Source of the DNA: Squalus acanthias
Lineage: Eukaryota
Assembly (NCBI GenBank): GCA_030390025.1
Contig: CM059445.1
Location: 55,924,001-55,988,000 of the forward strand
DNA length: 64,000 nt
Direction of reading: 5' to 3'
The notes under the pieces are model-generated. The model was not told where the DNA came from and did no database searches. It saw only the letters and a list, made by a program, of their open reading frames with translations. The position numbers were made by a program, and so were the translations under genes. Below, in pieces: positions 49,216-61,454 of this stretch; position 1 is the stretch's first letter; each line of letters starts with the position of its first letter.

Positions 49216-50406
49216 GTCTTTTGTTTTTCTTGCCATCAGCTGGTTGTAGAACGCAACTTTGAAAAGTAATTTGTCTCATGTGGAATTGCCCAGCCATTTG
49301 AAGCTGTGCCCGTATAACCATGACTTGTATGCTGGTCTTGTGAACGAGATGCATCATAAAGGCTATTTGGCAGCCTTGCAACTATAAAGTGATTAGTTTC
49401 ATAAAATGATGATTTGGAAAAATGTGAACTCTTTTCAGGCTGCACGGCACCAATGAGTAAATTTGGTCAGTTCTTCTAAAACCAGCAGTTGTCCAATTCC
49501 GACTTGGCGTTTTCTATTTTCATCCATCTCTCTGTGTCCAGCTGAACCTAGGTCACGGGTCATGCTCTATATTTAAAATACCAGTCTTGCATAGAATACA
49601 AACAGTACAAGGTTGTAATCTCATTCAGATGGCATTGCGGGAGCAGTTTATGTCAGTCATCTGAACAAGATGATGAGATTACTGCCTTCAAAGCGTATTT
49701 TCTAAATCTATAACAATACTATTTCCAGTCATCCATTGCAAATAAAATTCCAGTAACATTGTAGTAGTTACATCACTATGTTTCAATGCATCTGCTGAAT
49801 GGACTGTGCTGGATGTTGATACTGGCCATGACACTTGCTGGCAGAGAGGAAATTACCTTCTATACGGCAACAATAGAGCCAAATCTAAAGGGACACAAGA
49901 ATGGGTCACAATGAAAAGAATCTAATTTCAGGGTTCAGATGGCAATGAATTGTTTGAACTTCATTGTAGGTATTGGTGGTTATGTTACTGGGGTAGTAAT
50001 CCAGAGGCCTGGACTAATAATCAGGAGAACACGGGGGGTGAAATTGCAACTGGTTGTGCCCGTCCTCCAGGCGGATAACGGGGCATAGAGTTCCAATTAA
50101 GGAGGCCAACCTCTCGCACCCGAATAGTGTCAGAAACACATTGAGCACCATATTGGTTTGGTCACTCTACTGGCATTAGGCCCCTTGAATATGCTAAAAA
50201 GGGGCCCAACGCCTGTTTTAGGACCCATCCTGGAAATTTGTTTGCCCTACTGTATTTACTCAGACTCAAGCCATTCCGATTCAATACAGTGGAATAAAAC
50301 ATCTCATTTAAGTTCAATCACATAGTAGAGCAGACAAACATTTGATGTTTGCTGTCCACCATGAGGCTTGCGGCTTGCAAAAAACACACGGAAAATAAAA
50401 CATCAT

Positions 50407-51130
50407 GGGCTGTATTTTGCGACCCCTACGGGTGTGTACACGCCCGTAGGGGCCGCGCAAGTTCCGGGTTTAGGCATGCGAATCGCATGCGCTAAAACCT
50501 GGAACTTGCGATCTGTCAAGAATCTTCTTGACAGATCCTCTGCATCCCCGGGAGATGGGCCTCTGTGGGTGGAGAGTTGCGCTATTTGCCCAACTTCTGC
50601 CCGCTGAATGCCTGTGAAATTCGTACGCCTGGTAAAAGCAAGCGTAAGGCCTGCTTTTACCAGCATAAGAGTTTTAAAAATTGGAAAAATAAAATTTTAT
50701 CACTCATTTATACATTAAAAAACCTGTCCAATAAGGTAAGTTTATTTTTAGCCCCGTTAAAACATATAATTATTTTTTCAAAATATTAAATTTGTTTAAA
50801 ATATTTAATTAAATGGCATTTTTTATTTCATGTGATCGTGTATTTTTTAAGTGATCCCCATTCATACTTATGGGAGTTCCGTACGGAACTCCCATAAGTA
50901 TGAATGGGGATTCCCTTTTATTGGTTGGGCCGGCCCACGTGATCCCAGGGGCGCTTGCGAACCGCCTGTGCCCCTGGGCTACGTGGGGCTCTACCCGCGG
51001 GTACCCGGAGAGGCCCAGGATCGCAAGCCTCCCTACCTCCCGGGCCACCAGGTAAATGTGTAGATTTTTTTTTACAGGTCGGAGGCATCCGCCCGCGGGA
51101 AGGCGGTCTTGGTTACGCCGCGGATATGCG
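50407..51130. mobile_element. Palindrome-rich non-autonomous DNA element (Harbinger-like left end)
   Basis: starts GGGCTGTATTTT, like the GGGCTGGATTTT TIR; several internal hairpins; right TIR not found. Confidence 0.5.
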
Positions 51131-51359
51131 GTTGGAAGCTCGAAAGGGGAAGCTAGATAAACACATGAGGGGGGAAGGAATAGAGGGATATGTTGATGGG
51201 GTTAGATGAAGAGGGGTGGAAGGAGGCTCATGTGGAGCATAAACACCAGCACGGAGCAGCTGGGCCCAGTGGCCTGTTTCTGTGCTGTAAATTCTAAGGA
51301 TGTAAATTCTGTGCTGCGGGAACTGGCGGCGGAACCTTTGTTCGGCGGTTAGAAATTTT

Positions 51360-51558
51360 ACGGACCCAGCCGGACGCGGCACTGGCCGGAAGCGATGGTG
51401 CGCCAATCAGAGCCAAGGAACGGTCCTTGTCACTTGTTGATTGGACAGTTTGTCCGGGCCGCCTCCTTCCGATTGGATAAAGGCGGTGTCAATCACACCA
51501 ATCAGCTTCACACCGCCCAGCGAAGGTGATTTTAAGGACTCTGGAAGCAGCGACTCGG
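51360..51558 (+). promoter_or_regulatory. HINFP: Probable HINFP promoter and non-coding first exon
   Basis: CpG-rich patch with ETS-type CCGGAAG (51386) and four CCAAT/ATTGG boxes (51403, 51440, 51472, 51498); candidate donor tcg|GTaatt; the HINFP ATG exon downstream begins with an acceptor. Confidence 0.6.
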
Positions 51559-51639
51559 TAATTTTTATGTGTAGAAATAATAACAATAATTTTAACATTT
51601 ATGTATATATAAAAATAATTTCCGTACCGTGGGGGCAGA

Positions 51640-52830
51640 GGGGGGAGTGGGGGCTGAGGCAAGGGGAGAGGGGGCAGAGTTGGGGCGAGGGGGATGAGGG
51701 GGATGAGGGCAAGGGGAGAGGGGGATGAGGGCAAGGGGAGAGGGGGGATGAGGGCAAGGGGAGAGGGGGGATGAGGGCAAGGGGAGAGGGGGGATGAGGG
51801 CAAGGGGAGAGGGGGATGAGGGCAAGGGGAGAGGGGGATGAGGGGAGAGGGGGATGAGGGGAGAGGGGGATGAGGGCAAGGGGAGAGGGGGATGAGGGGA
51901 GAGGGGGATGAGGGCAAGGGGAGAGGGGGATGAGGGGAGAGGGGGATGAGGGCGAGGGGAGAGGGGGATGAGGGCGAGGGGAGAGGGGGATGAGGGCGAG
52001 GGGAGAGGGGGGGATGAGGGAGAGGGGGGATGAGGGGGATGAGGGCGAGGGGGGATGAGGGCGAGGGGAGAGGGGGGATGAGGGCGAGGGGAGAGGGGGG
52101 ATGAGGGCAAGGGGAGAGGGGGATGAGGGCAAGGGGAGAGGGGGATGAGGGCAAGGGGAGAGGGGGATGAGGGCAAGGGGAGAGGGGGATGAGGGCGAGG
52201 GGAGAGGGGGATGAGGGCGAGGGGAGAGGGGGATGAGGGCGAGGGGAGAGGGGGATGAGGGCGAGGGGAGAGGGGGATGAGGGCGAGGGGAGAGGGGGGA
52301 TGAGGGCGAGGGGAGAGGGGGGGATGAGGGCGAGGGGGGATGAGGGCGAGGGGAGAGGGGGATGAGGGCAAGGGGAGAGGGGGGATGAGGGCGAGGGGAG
52401 AGGGGGGATGAGGGCGAGGGGGGATGAGGGCGAGGGGAGGGGGGGATGAGGGCGAGGGGAGAGGGGGATGAGGGCAAGGGGAGAGGGGGATGAGGGCAAG
52501 GGGAGAGGGGGGAGAGGGGGATGAGGGCAAGGGGAGAGGGGGATGAGGGCAAGGGGAGAGGGGGATGAGGGCAAGGGGAGAGGGGGATGAGGGCAGGGGG
52601 AGAGGGGGATGAGGGCAGGGGGAGAGGGGGATGAGGGCAAGGGAGAGGGGGATGAGGGGAGGGGGAGGGGAGGGGGAGGGGGATGAGGGCAAGGGGAGAG
52701 GGGGATGAGGGCGAGGGGGATGAGGGCAAGGGGAGAGGGGGATGAGGGCAAGGGGAGAGGGGGATGAGGGCAAGGGGAGAGGGGGATGAGGGCAAGGGGA
52801 GAGGGGGATGAGGGCAAGGGATGAGGGGGA
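51640..52830. repeat. G-rich polypurine minisatellite (~22-bp unit GGGGGATGAGGGCAAGGGGAGA)
   Basis: direct inspection; about 50 variable units. Confidence 0.95.
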
Positions 52831-53052
52831 GAGGTGGGGGCGGAGTGGAGTTGGGGCGGGGGGAGGTGGGGGCTGGGCAGAAGTGGGGAGTGGGCTGAGA
52901 GGGCGAGTGGGGGCTGGGGGTAGAGGGGGAGGGGGAGTGGAGCTGAGAGGAAAGGGGGGAGGGGGCAGAGGGTGTGGGGGATGAAGGGGGCAAAGAGGGA
53001 GCGGGGGCTGAGGCCGGGCGAGTGGGGCTGTTGGTGGGGCCGGGTGGAGAGG

Positions 53053-53625
53053 CTCACTCTTATTGCGCTGGTGGATGGCAATTACCATCACCAGTTTAGA
53101 GGGCACAACCAATAAAAACTGTGACTTAAACCAAAAATTAAAAGAAAACTTACCAAATTAAATCAGAGTCCTATTTTCACGGGGGTGATTAAGCACTCCA
53201 GTCCCGTCGGTCGCGGAACGCATCAAGCGTGCCAGTGAACACCGCGTGCTCACTGTTATTGCACTGGTGCATGGCAAATAGCCATCACCAGTTTAGAGTT
53301 AAGCATATGCCCCCTCCTCAGGCTCACAACCAAAAAGGACTGTAACTTAACCAAAATTAAAAGGTAGCTTAACAAATTAAATTAGAATTCTATTCCCGGG
53401 GTAATGATGCACTCCAGTCCCTCCGGCCCCCCCCCCCCCCCAAAACCTGGCACCAGGTGACCAAAGATCAGGAGCGTGGGACTGAAGTGCAGCCAAAAAT
53501 TGAGGAGCAGCCCCTTCAATTAGTGGAAGAGGGGTTGTAACCTTTCACACTCTGTGTATACGTGGAACACGGCTTCCTCCAGGCCGCAGAGAATGCAGGT
53601 GGCCTGGGACTCTGCGAACCGACTT
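53053..53625 (-). mobile_element. Tx1/L1-like LINE 3' end with duplicated tail
   Basis: CILCGLEEAVFHVYTECERLQPLF (CCHC zinc-finger-like end of ORF2); tail present twice (about 53053 and 53249). Confidence 0.6.
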
Positions 53626-55376
53626 AAAAACATTGCACAGGACTGCCCTGTCAGGTGGAGAGGCTCATCGCTCACTGTCCCCTTTAAACTTGGGTTTAAA
53701 TGCAACTTTTTCCACACAGGGGAATTTATTTTATTTCCTTTCCCTCACCCCCCCCCTCCATCTCATTTTCACCTGTCCAAGCCACCACTAAGATGGTCAA
53801 TTGTGATCACAAGGTACCGTCATTGAATCCAAAGGTGCCTGTGACCCAAATTTGAGGCTTTTCCATCTTTCACCCAAGTCCCAGTCCAGGCAGGTTGCAA
53901 CATCTGAGTGGGATTGTGGCTTGAGTTACCTGCTTTGCTTTGTTGATGTTGGAATTCTTTGAAAATTATAATACCTCCACTGAAATAATTGAAACATTTG
54001 CTTCTATTTTAAAAAAAATCCAATCTTTGGTGTCTTTTTTTAATGTTTTTAGACATTTCCAGGAATCTCCTTCAGTAGGTGGTTAGTCTGGTCGGGAAAT
54101 GGATATATGGCAGTCTAGATCTCCGATTTAAAGTTAAAAGTTTTATTCTGGGAGGGTACACTGCAGCTTTATTGATTCCAAACATTGTACTGTAAAACAT
54201 ATATATAAATACTTTTCAATTATAGAATCTTGTTATAATATAAATCACTCACACTTTAAAATGAGACCTAAAATGTATTCTTGGAAGTCTTTGTGGAAAG
54301 ACTGCTTCCTAACTGCAGTCCTTCTTTCTGTTTAAACACTGTGTTACAGGCCAGGATTGAAGCCCAGCCTGTTTGTGTCTTCAGTGATTTTCTGAAAAAA
54401 AAATCTGCATCTAATGTTTAAATGCACTGAAATAATTGAAATGTTTTTAGTTAATGTGGTTGCAAATTATATTTGACAAATACAGGCAGTATAGTGATGG
54501 CTCCACGTTGCGAAACGTATCTGGGAGTTTTATGTCTATGTTTAAAGGCCATTATCTTCAATGAATCAGGTATTCAGAATGGCAGTACACAATGCATTCA
54601 AACCATAAACAGCACTCTAACTGTCCTGTTATATTCTCAGGAATTGGTCTAACCTCCACAACTTTCTTGGCAATCTGGGCAGCCTCGGCAGACCTCGTGA
54701 GGAACCACCTCCGAAGCAAACCAGCAACTTTTCTGAAATTCCAGATGCCGGTTGTGATGGGCAATCAAGGCAGAACTAAGATGGAACTATGCATGCTGGT
54801 AAATTGAGAATCTGCACGGATTAGAAGATGCGAGATCTCAACTCCTCAAATATGTGAGAGCAACTGGACATAGGATGTGATTTTTGAGTGGAGCAAAATG
54901 GCAAAGCGGAAGAGAGGGTAAATGATTCTTCACGTCCGGTCTCCTTAATAAAGCAACCGCATAAAACGGTGGCTAACAGCACTAGAAAGATAAAGGATAG
55001 TATACAACGCAGTGGAACCCGACACAACTCATTGCAAGCTCTTAACGCCCACTTCTGCAAAACCAGGAATTGCATAATAATAAGGATATTACCGTAGCCA
55101 CAGAAGGATCATCGACAACGAACTAGTCTTTCCCAAGGGTATTTACAGAAGAACCAATTACACCAGCAACTATTTGAATTAGATACAGATAGAACAGAAA
55201 CTGGTTGGCACCTCCTGTTCGGACATGTATTTTTCCAATGTTGTCGCTTAGTCTTGCACAGCATATTGACAACGATACGCTATAGGAGAAATCGCACTAA
55301 TGCCAACATGTTCTTGTGTAAAGCTCTTAATTTGTTGTCTCAAATTACCCCACAGCACTAGTGAAAGACCTTTAAC

Positions 55377-55524
55377 CAATGTTCCCTATAAAAAAAATTC
55401 CCGTGCGCGGTCCCTTTAAATTTGCTGCGCGGTATCCTCTAGCAGCAGCAGCTGGTGAGCAGCCTGCGCGGGAGCTCCCGATTGGTGCGTGGCCGCGCGC
55501 TCGCGCACCTTGGGGGGAACATTG
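55377..55524. mobile_element. hAT-like MITE
   Basis: TIR CAATGTTCCC; 8-bp TSD CCTTTAAC / CCTGTAAC. Confidence 0.78.
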
Positions 55525-55859
55525 CCTGTAACCGTCAGTATTTCGCCATAGTGCTGTACGGCTCAAAGCACTCTCTAGACACAGACCACATTTATAGAGA
55601 TACACAATATCTAATTGTACTGCTGGGTGATTAAGTGGACATGGTGGGCAAAATTCAGACTCAACATTAGGTCCTACTGAAATCCTAGTGACTCCATTGT
55701 ATGGCTTGCATTTTAATTGTTGCACTAAATTGTAATCATTCATGTAAGGATTTTTAAGTAGCGAGTATTATGGGGTATTGGATCCCTCCTAAGAATTTTA
55801 CTAAAAGTTATTTAAGTACAAATGAGATTTCCTGTTTGTACTCACGGTAATGTTCCATT

Positions 55860-56244
55860 AGAGATTTGAGCACAAAATCTAGGCTGACACTCCAGTGCAG
55901 TGCTGAGGGAGTGCTGCACTGTCGGAGGTGCCGTCTTTCGGATGAGACGTTAAAACCGAGGCCCCGTCTGCTCTCTCAGGTGGATGTAAAAGATCCCATG
56001 GCACTATTTTGAAGAGTTATCCCCGGTGTCCTGGCCAATGTTTATCCCTCAACCAATATCACTAAAAACAGATGATCTGGTCATCATCACATTGCTGTTT
56101 GTGGGAGCTTGCTGTGCGCAAATTGGCTGCTGCATTTCCTACATTACAACAGTGACTACACTTCAAAAGTACTTAATTGGCTGTAAAACGCTTTGGGACG
56201 TCCTGAGGTCGTGAAAGGCGCTATATAAATGCAAGACTTTCTTT
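55860..56244 (+). mobile_element. Deu-domain SINE (5' truncated)
   Basis: Deu core and tail. Confidence 0.85.
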
Positions 56245-57814
56245 AAAATTTTCAACAGGAGGAATTTAATTCCCTTTTTCTTTGGGTGACATGGTCAGCT
56301 AAACACGCCTGCTGGGAGTGCAGTGTGACTTTTGTATCCAAAGAAACAAATGGTAAACTTTAGAAGATTCACTTTCACCAATAGATGATCAGATATTAGT
56401 GTTTCAAAAGATATGAAGTAGAAATGTGAAGCCAACTTTGGGGTTGCTTATTCCAAAGATACTGTTACTAGGATTAAGTGAAGCCCAATATGACATTTTT
56501 ACCCAGTTGTGCGGCAGGTGATAGAACCATGGAAATTTACGGCACAGAAGGAGTCCATTCGGCCCATTGTGTCCGAGCCAGCCGAAAAAGAGCTATCCAG
56601 CCTAATCCCACTTTCCAGCTCTTGGTCCGTAGCCCTGTAGGTTACGGCACTTCAAGTGCAGATCCAAGTACTTTTTAAATGTGATTGAGGGTTTCTGCCT
56701 CTACCACCCTTTCAGGCAGCGAGTTCCACTGGGTTTTCCATGAAGTGCAATGGTGGGCTTGTCAAAGTTTCATACTGTGCTCACTTGAAAACATTCAGTA
56801 TTACAATTAGCTTGTATATCTTATCCATCCAAAAGTTAGGTTTTATCTGGAGAGTAGGTGAGTTGCCGACAAAAGAACACTTTTTAAAAGTAATTCCTTG
56901 GCTGTAAATTGCTTTGGTATGTTCTGAGGACATGAAAGGTGCTATATGAATGCTAGTTCTTTCTATATAACATCAGGTCAGTCACAACAACAACAACAAC
57001 TTGCATTTATATAGTGCCTTTAACGTAGTAAAACGTCCCAGGGCGCTTCACAGGAGTGTTATCAAACACAATCTGACACCGAGCCACATGAGATATTAGG
57101 GCAGATGAGGTCGGTTTTAAGGAGCGCCTTAAAGGAGGCAAAAGAGGCGGAGAGGTTTAGGGAGGGAATTCCAGAGCTTAGGGCCTTGGCAGCTGAAGGC
57201 ACGGCCACCAATGGTTGAGCGATTTTAAAATCAGAGACGCTCAAGAGGCCAGAATTAGTGTCACTGGTAACGGGAGCAATTTGAGGTGTTGAATTGGGAG
57301 TAATGTGCAAAAAGTGTTTTGGTGCAGTTTTTAAAGCACATTAGCTTAAGTGGAATTTTAAGGCGTATTGGTGCCACGCACTCTGCATTCACTTGGTGAC
57401 AACACCTGAGGAAAATCTGTGACCGGCTACAGCCAGGTTCTGGAAAGGAGTTTTGAGCCATCAGCAGCCAGTTTCTTTGAAATAAGCAATCAAATTTATA
57501 GGCATTGCCCTTTTTCTTTCACATTTAGTTCCTTATGAATCATTAAGGTCTGCTCATTTGTAAAGCTAAGTCTTTTTAAAATTTACCACAAAACAGTTGA
57601 GTCATCAGCACCTAAGAAGTGAATAATCAAATCCTAGAAAGGGAGTCTAAACCTTTTTAAAGTTCTCCCAAAACCTGCGCAATGATTCTTGTTATATATT
57701 AAAAAAAAATAAAAGGAAGAAATGACAATCTGACCGAACTGAAGATATGATGAAACGTATTTTAAATCCAGTAACGTAGTGAGCGTATTTTCTTATTTGA
57801 CCAGATGCGACGTA

Positions 57815-57974
57815 ATGGCTGCGGGGAAGAACATGAAGTACGATTCCCTGGTACTTTTGTGTGAATGGGGCTCGTGTGGATTCACCGCGTCTGGAATGGA
57901 AGAGTTCAGCAACCACATCGCAGGGCATTTAAAGGAGCAACTGCAGGGGGATGAAAACGACATTGAGCCACAAG
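57815..57974 (+). CDS. HINFP: Histone H4 transcription factor HINFP (MIZF), first coding exon
   Basis: MAAGKNMKYDSLVLLCEWGSCGFTASGMEEFSNHIAGHLKEQL (C2H2 finger with the HINFP CEWGSC motif); acceptor ends 57804, donor caag|GTaggg. Confidence 0.9.
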
Positions 57975-59851
57975 GTAGGGTAGCCGCGCAGTGGATGAGC
58001 AGCACGGAATTATTTTGAGGTTGGCACTGGCGACTTTTGATTAAAAACGGTATTTGCAAGTAAATTCAGTCTGGCACTCTGGATGAAAGTAACTGGTAGC
58101 TTACTGGTCGTGATGCCAGTAATATCTGGAGTAAAAAAAAAAACCTGTATAGATACAGCCCCTTTTTTCCTTTGGCCATTTTTCTCCCCTTTCCTTTGTG
58201 CCCTGGGTTATCATGGCAGGGATGAGTGACTAGCTCCCAGGTTTCCATCATTGCTGCTCTGATTTGGCTACTGCAGAGTATGCAGGGGTAGCTTGTGATG
58301 ACTGCTACGGATTGATTGATTTTATTCCTCTCTTTCCCCCTTCATTATCGGCACGTGCCTGGCCTCGGCATTAACCCAGTCTAGATTTTAAATGGCGAGA
58401 GATTGGGAAATGTTGGTGTTCAGATGGGAACCTGGGTGTCCTACACGAATCACTGAACCTGTGGAATTCTCTACCACAGAAGGCCGTGGAGGCCAAGTCA
58501 CTGAATATATTTAAGAAGGAGATAGATAGATTTCTAGACACAAAAGGCATCAAGAGGTATGGGGAGAGAGCGGGAATATGGTATTGAGATAGAGGATCAG
58601 CCATGATCATATTGAATGGCGGAGCAGGCTCGAAGGGCCGAATGGCCGACTCCTGCTCCTATTTTTCTATGTTTCCATGCTGCCTGAGCATTTCCAGCAT
58701 TTTCTCTCTTTTTTTATTTCAGATTTCCAGCATTCGCAGTAGTTTTGCATTAATGAAAATGCATTTCCACACAATACATCATTCTTTCAGCATGTGATGG
58801 AAAAATGTTAAAGTTAAAATATGTGAATTTATCCACATTTAATGACCGAACCCCCCCCCCCACTGAAATACTGTTTTCAGAGTGTTGCTAATAAACAAAC
58901 ACTGTCCTTTGCAGAATCTGGAAATGATCATGCAAATTCTTAACCTTTCACAAACTCCCAACTCGCCCAAAACTCCAACGGCCATATCCTACCCTGCATT
59001 AAATCCTGCTAGCCCATCACCAACGCTGCCTGGAAGCTGCACCGGTCTCGCACAGCCCCGGGACCGGCTTTTCCAATGTGAAGCTTTGCGCATGCGCGAA
59101 ACTTTGAACGGGCTGCGCAGCCCGTTAAAGGGACTGCACACCCAAATTTAAAATTAGGGCAAACATCGAACATTGCCCATCGCCCCATCCTCGTCAAACT
59201 CCACTGGCTCCCTGTCCCTCAGTGTGTTAAAATCTTTAAAAGAAAAGAAAATACTTGCATTTCTATAGCGCCTTTCACGACTTTAGGACGTCCCAAAGTG
59301 CTTTACAGCCAATTAAGTACTTTTGAAGTGTAGTCACTGTTGTAAAGACAGCGATGGCCTTTCCCCACCCCACCTCCTCCAGCCCTCTGGCTTCATGGGG
59401 ACCGCCCCTTCCCATTCATCCTCCATCAATAAAAGAAAGACTTGCATTTATATAGCGCCTTTCACGACCACCGGACGTCTTAAAGCGCTTTACAGCCAAT
59501 GAAGTACTTTTGAAGTGGAGTCACTGTTGTAAGAGCAGAGCTTTCAGCTGCCTCTGTCCTATTTTATGAAATCTCTCTAAACCACTAGGCCTTTCTACTT
59601 CTCTCCCCATCTTTCAAAGTCTCCTCAAAACCTCCTCTCTTTTCTGCTGCGTTTCTGGTCATCTCTTCGAACCGTTTCTCCTTTGTGGAGCAACAATATT
59701 CCGTTAAAGGCACGAGAAAACTGTAAATGATTGCTGTATTACTGCTGTTGGGATAAAAGGTGGGAGGGGGTGTCAAACACCCACTCACTATCGTGCTTCA
59801 TGTTACATCCAACCAGCTAATGTACTTGCAGAAAACTGGGTGTGTCAATCT

Positions 59852-60190
59852 AGAACATAAGAAATAGGAGCAGGAGTTGGCCATTCGGCCCCTCGAGCCT
59901 GCTTCGCCATTCAATAATAAGACCATGGCTGATCTTCTACCTCAACTCCACTTTCCTGCACTATCCCCATATCCTTTTTTTCCCCTTAATATCCAAAAGT
60001 CTATCGATCTCTGTCTTGAATATACTCAACGACTGAGCATCCACAACCCTCTGGGGTAGAGAATTCCCAAAGATTCACCACCCTCTGAGTGAAGACATTT
60101 CTCCTCATCTCAGTCCTAAATGTCCTACCCCGTATCCTGAGACTGTGACCCCCTCGCGTTCTAGACCCCCCCCTCCCCAGCCAGGGGAAA
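59852..60190 (-). mobile_element. CR1 LINE 3' fragment
   Basis: reverse-complement CR1 tail and ORF2 end. Confidence 0.8.
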
Positions 60191-60749
60191 GACCCCCCCA
60201 GCCAGGGGATTGACCTTTCAATGGAACCGGTTGTGACGAAAGGTCACTGACCTGAAACGTTAACTCTGTTTCTCTCTCCACAGATGCTGCCTGACCTGCT
60301 GAGCATTTTCTGTTTCGATGCATTTTCATTGTTATGCGTATATAGTTAATGCCGCTGAGCTAAAGAGGAATTTTATTTTCAATTGCCTAAATGGTGCAAA
60401 GGGAGATCTGTGTAATGTGAGCATGGTCTCCGCTGGCCCATGTTACAATGTTTAACACTTTAAAACTGTTGGGTAGGCAGTTTGAGAGCAAATATTTTGT
60501 GCTTGCCCCTCACCCATTTAACACCGGGGACAATAAGATGGCGAACGTATTGTAAATTCTTGGCGTCACTGAAGCAGAAGTTCATGTTGTTTGCCGATTT
60601 ATTTATTTTTTCCTCCTACACTGACCCAAATCAAATGAACCAGCAGTTCAAAATGGCAAGATAGAGCGAATGAATCACATAAGTGTACCGACATCTCCTG
60701 TTATAAAACTGAGGGGTACATGGGGCAATTTAGTAGAAAGTACTCCAAC

Positions 60750-60905
60750 CAATGTTCCCTCTAAGCTGCGCGGGTGCGCAGTGCCCGTGAGGTCCTGCGC
60801 TGGTCGCTTTTGTATTGTAAAAACCGCGCGTGCGCAAAATTTGAATGGGCCGCGCAGCAACTTTTAAGGGCCGTGCACGAAAATAAAAAATTAGAGGGAA
60901 CATTG
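60750..60905. mobile_element. hAT-like MITE
   Basis: TIR CAATGTTCCCTCTAA / TTAGAGGGAACATTG; 8-bp TSD ACTCCAAC / ACTCCGAC. Confidence 0.8.
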
Positions 60906-60964
60906 ACTCCGACCTACTCCTCCCTTTTAGAATATAAGCAAGTAGCAAATGTAGATAACATTGA

Positions 60965-61454
60965 AATAACAACAGAAAATGCTGGAAACACTCAGCAGGT
61001 CAGGCAGCATCCGTGGAGAGAGAAACAGAGTTAATATTTCAGGTCTGGGACCCTTCGTCAGAACTGGAAAAGGCCGGAGATATAACAGGTTTTAAGCAGG
61101 TGCAGAGGCGGGGAGGATGTGAAGGAACAGTCTGTGCTAGGGTAGGAGGCAGGAAAGATAAAATGTTGCAAATGGGGATGGCAAAATCATACAGCCTGAA
61201 GAATGGGGGCAGGGCTTATAGTCTGAAATTGTTGAACTCAATGTTGAGTCCAGAAGGCTGTAAAGTGCCTAATCGAAAGAGGAGGTGCTGTTCCTCGAGC
61301 TTACGTTGAGCTTCATTGGAACAGTGTAAGAGGCTGAGGACGGAGAGGTCAGAGTGGGAGTGAAGCGGAGAATTAAAGTGACAGGCGACCAGAAGCTCGG
61401 GGTCACCCTTACGTACTGAACGGAGGTGTTCCGCAAAGCGGTTGCCCAATCTGC
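60965..61454 (-). mobile_element. Penelope-like element 3' fragment with GIY-YIG endonuclease remnant (family B)
   Basis: RRLGNRFAEHLRSV...VACHFNS...RKLEEQHLLFRLGTLQPSGLNIEFNNFR; 14-bp TSD GTAGATAACATTGA; hammerhead motif at 61029-61065. Confidence 0.88.

Noticed and set aside
51489-53112. 464-530 aa proline-rich ORFs on the minus strand
   Set aside because: Translations of the G-rich minisatellite, open in all three frames; no coding evidence.
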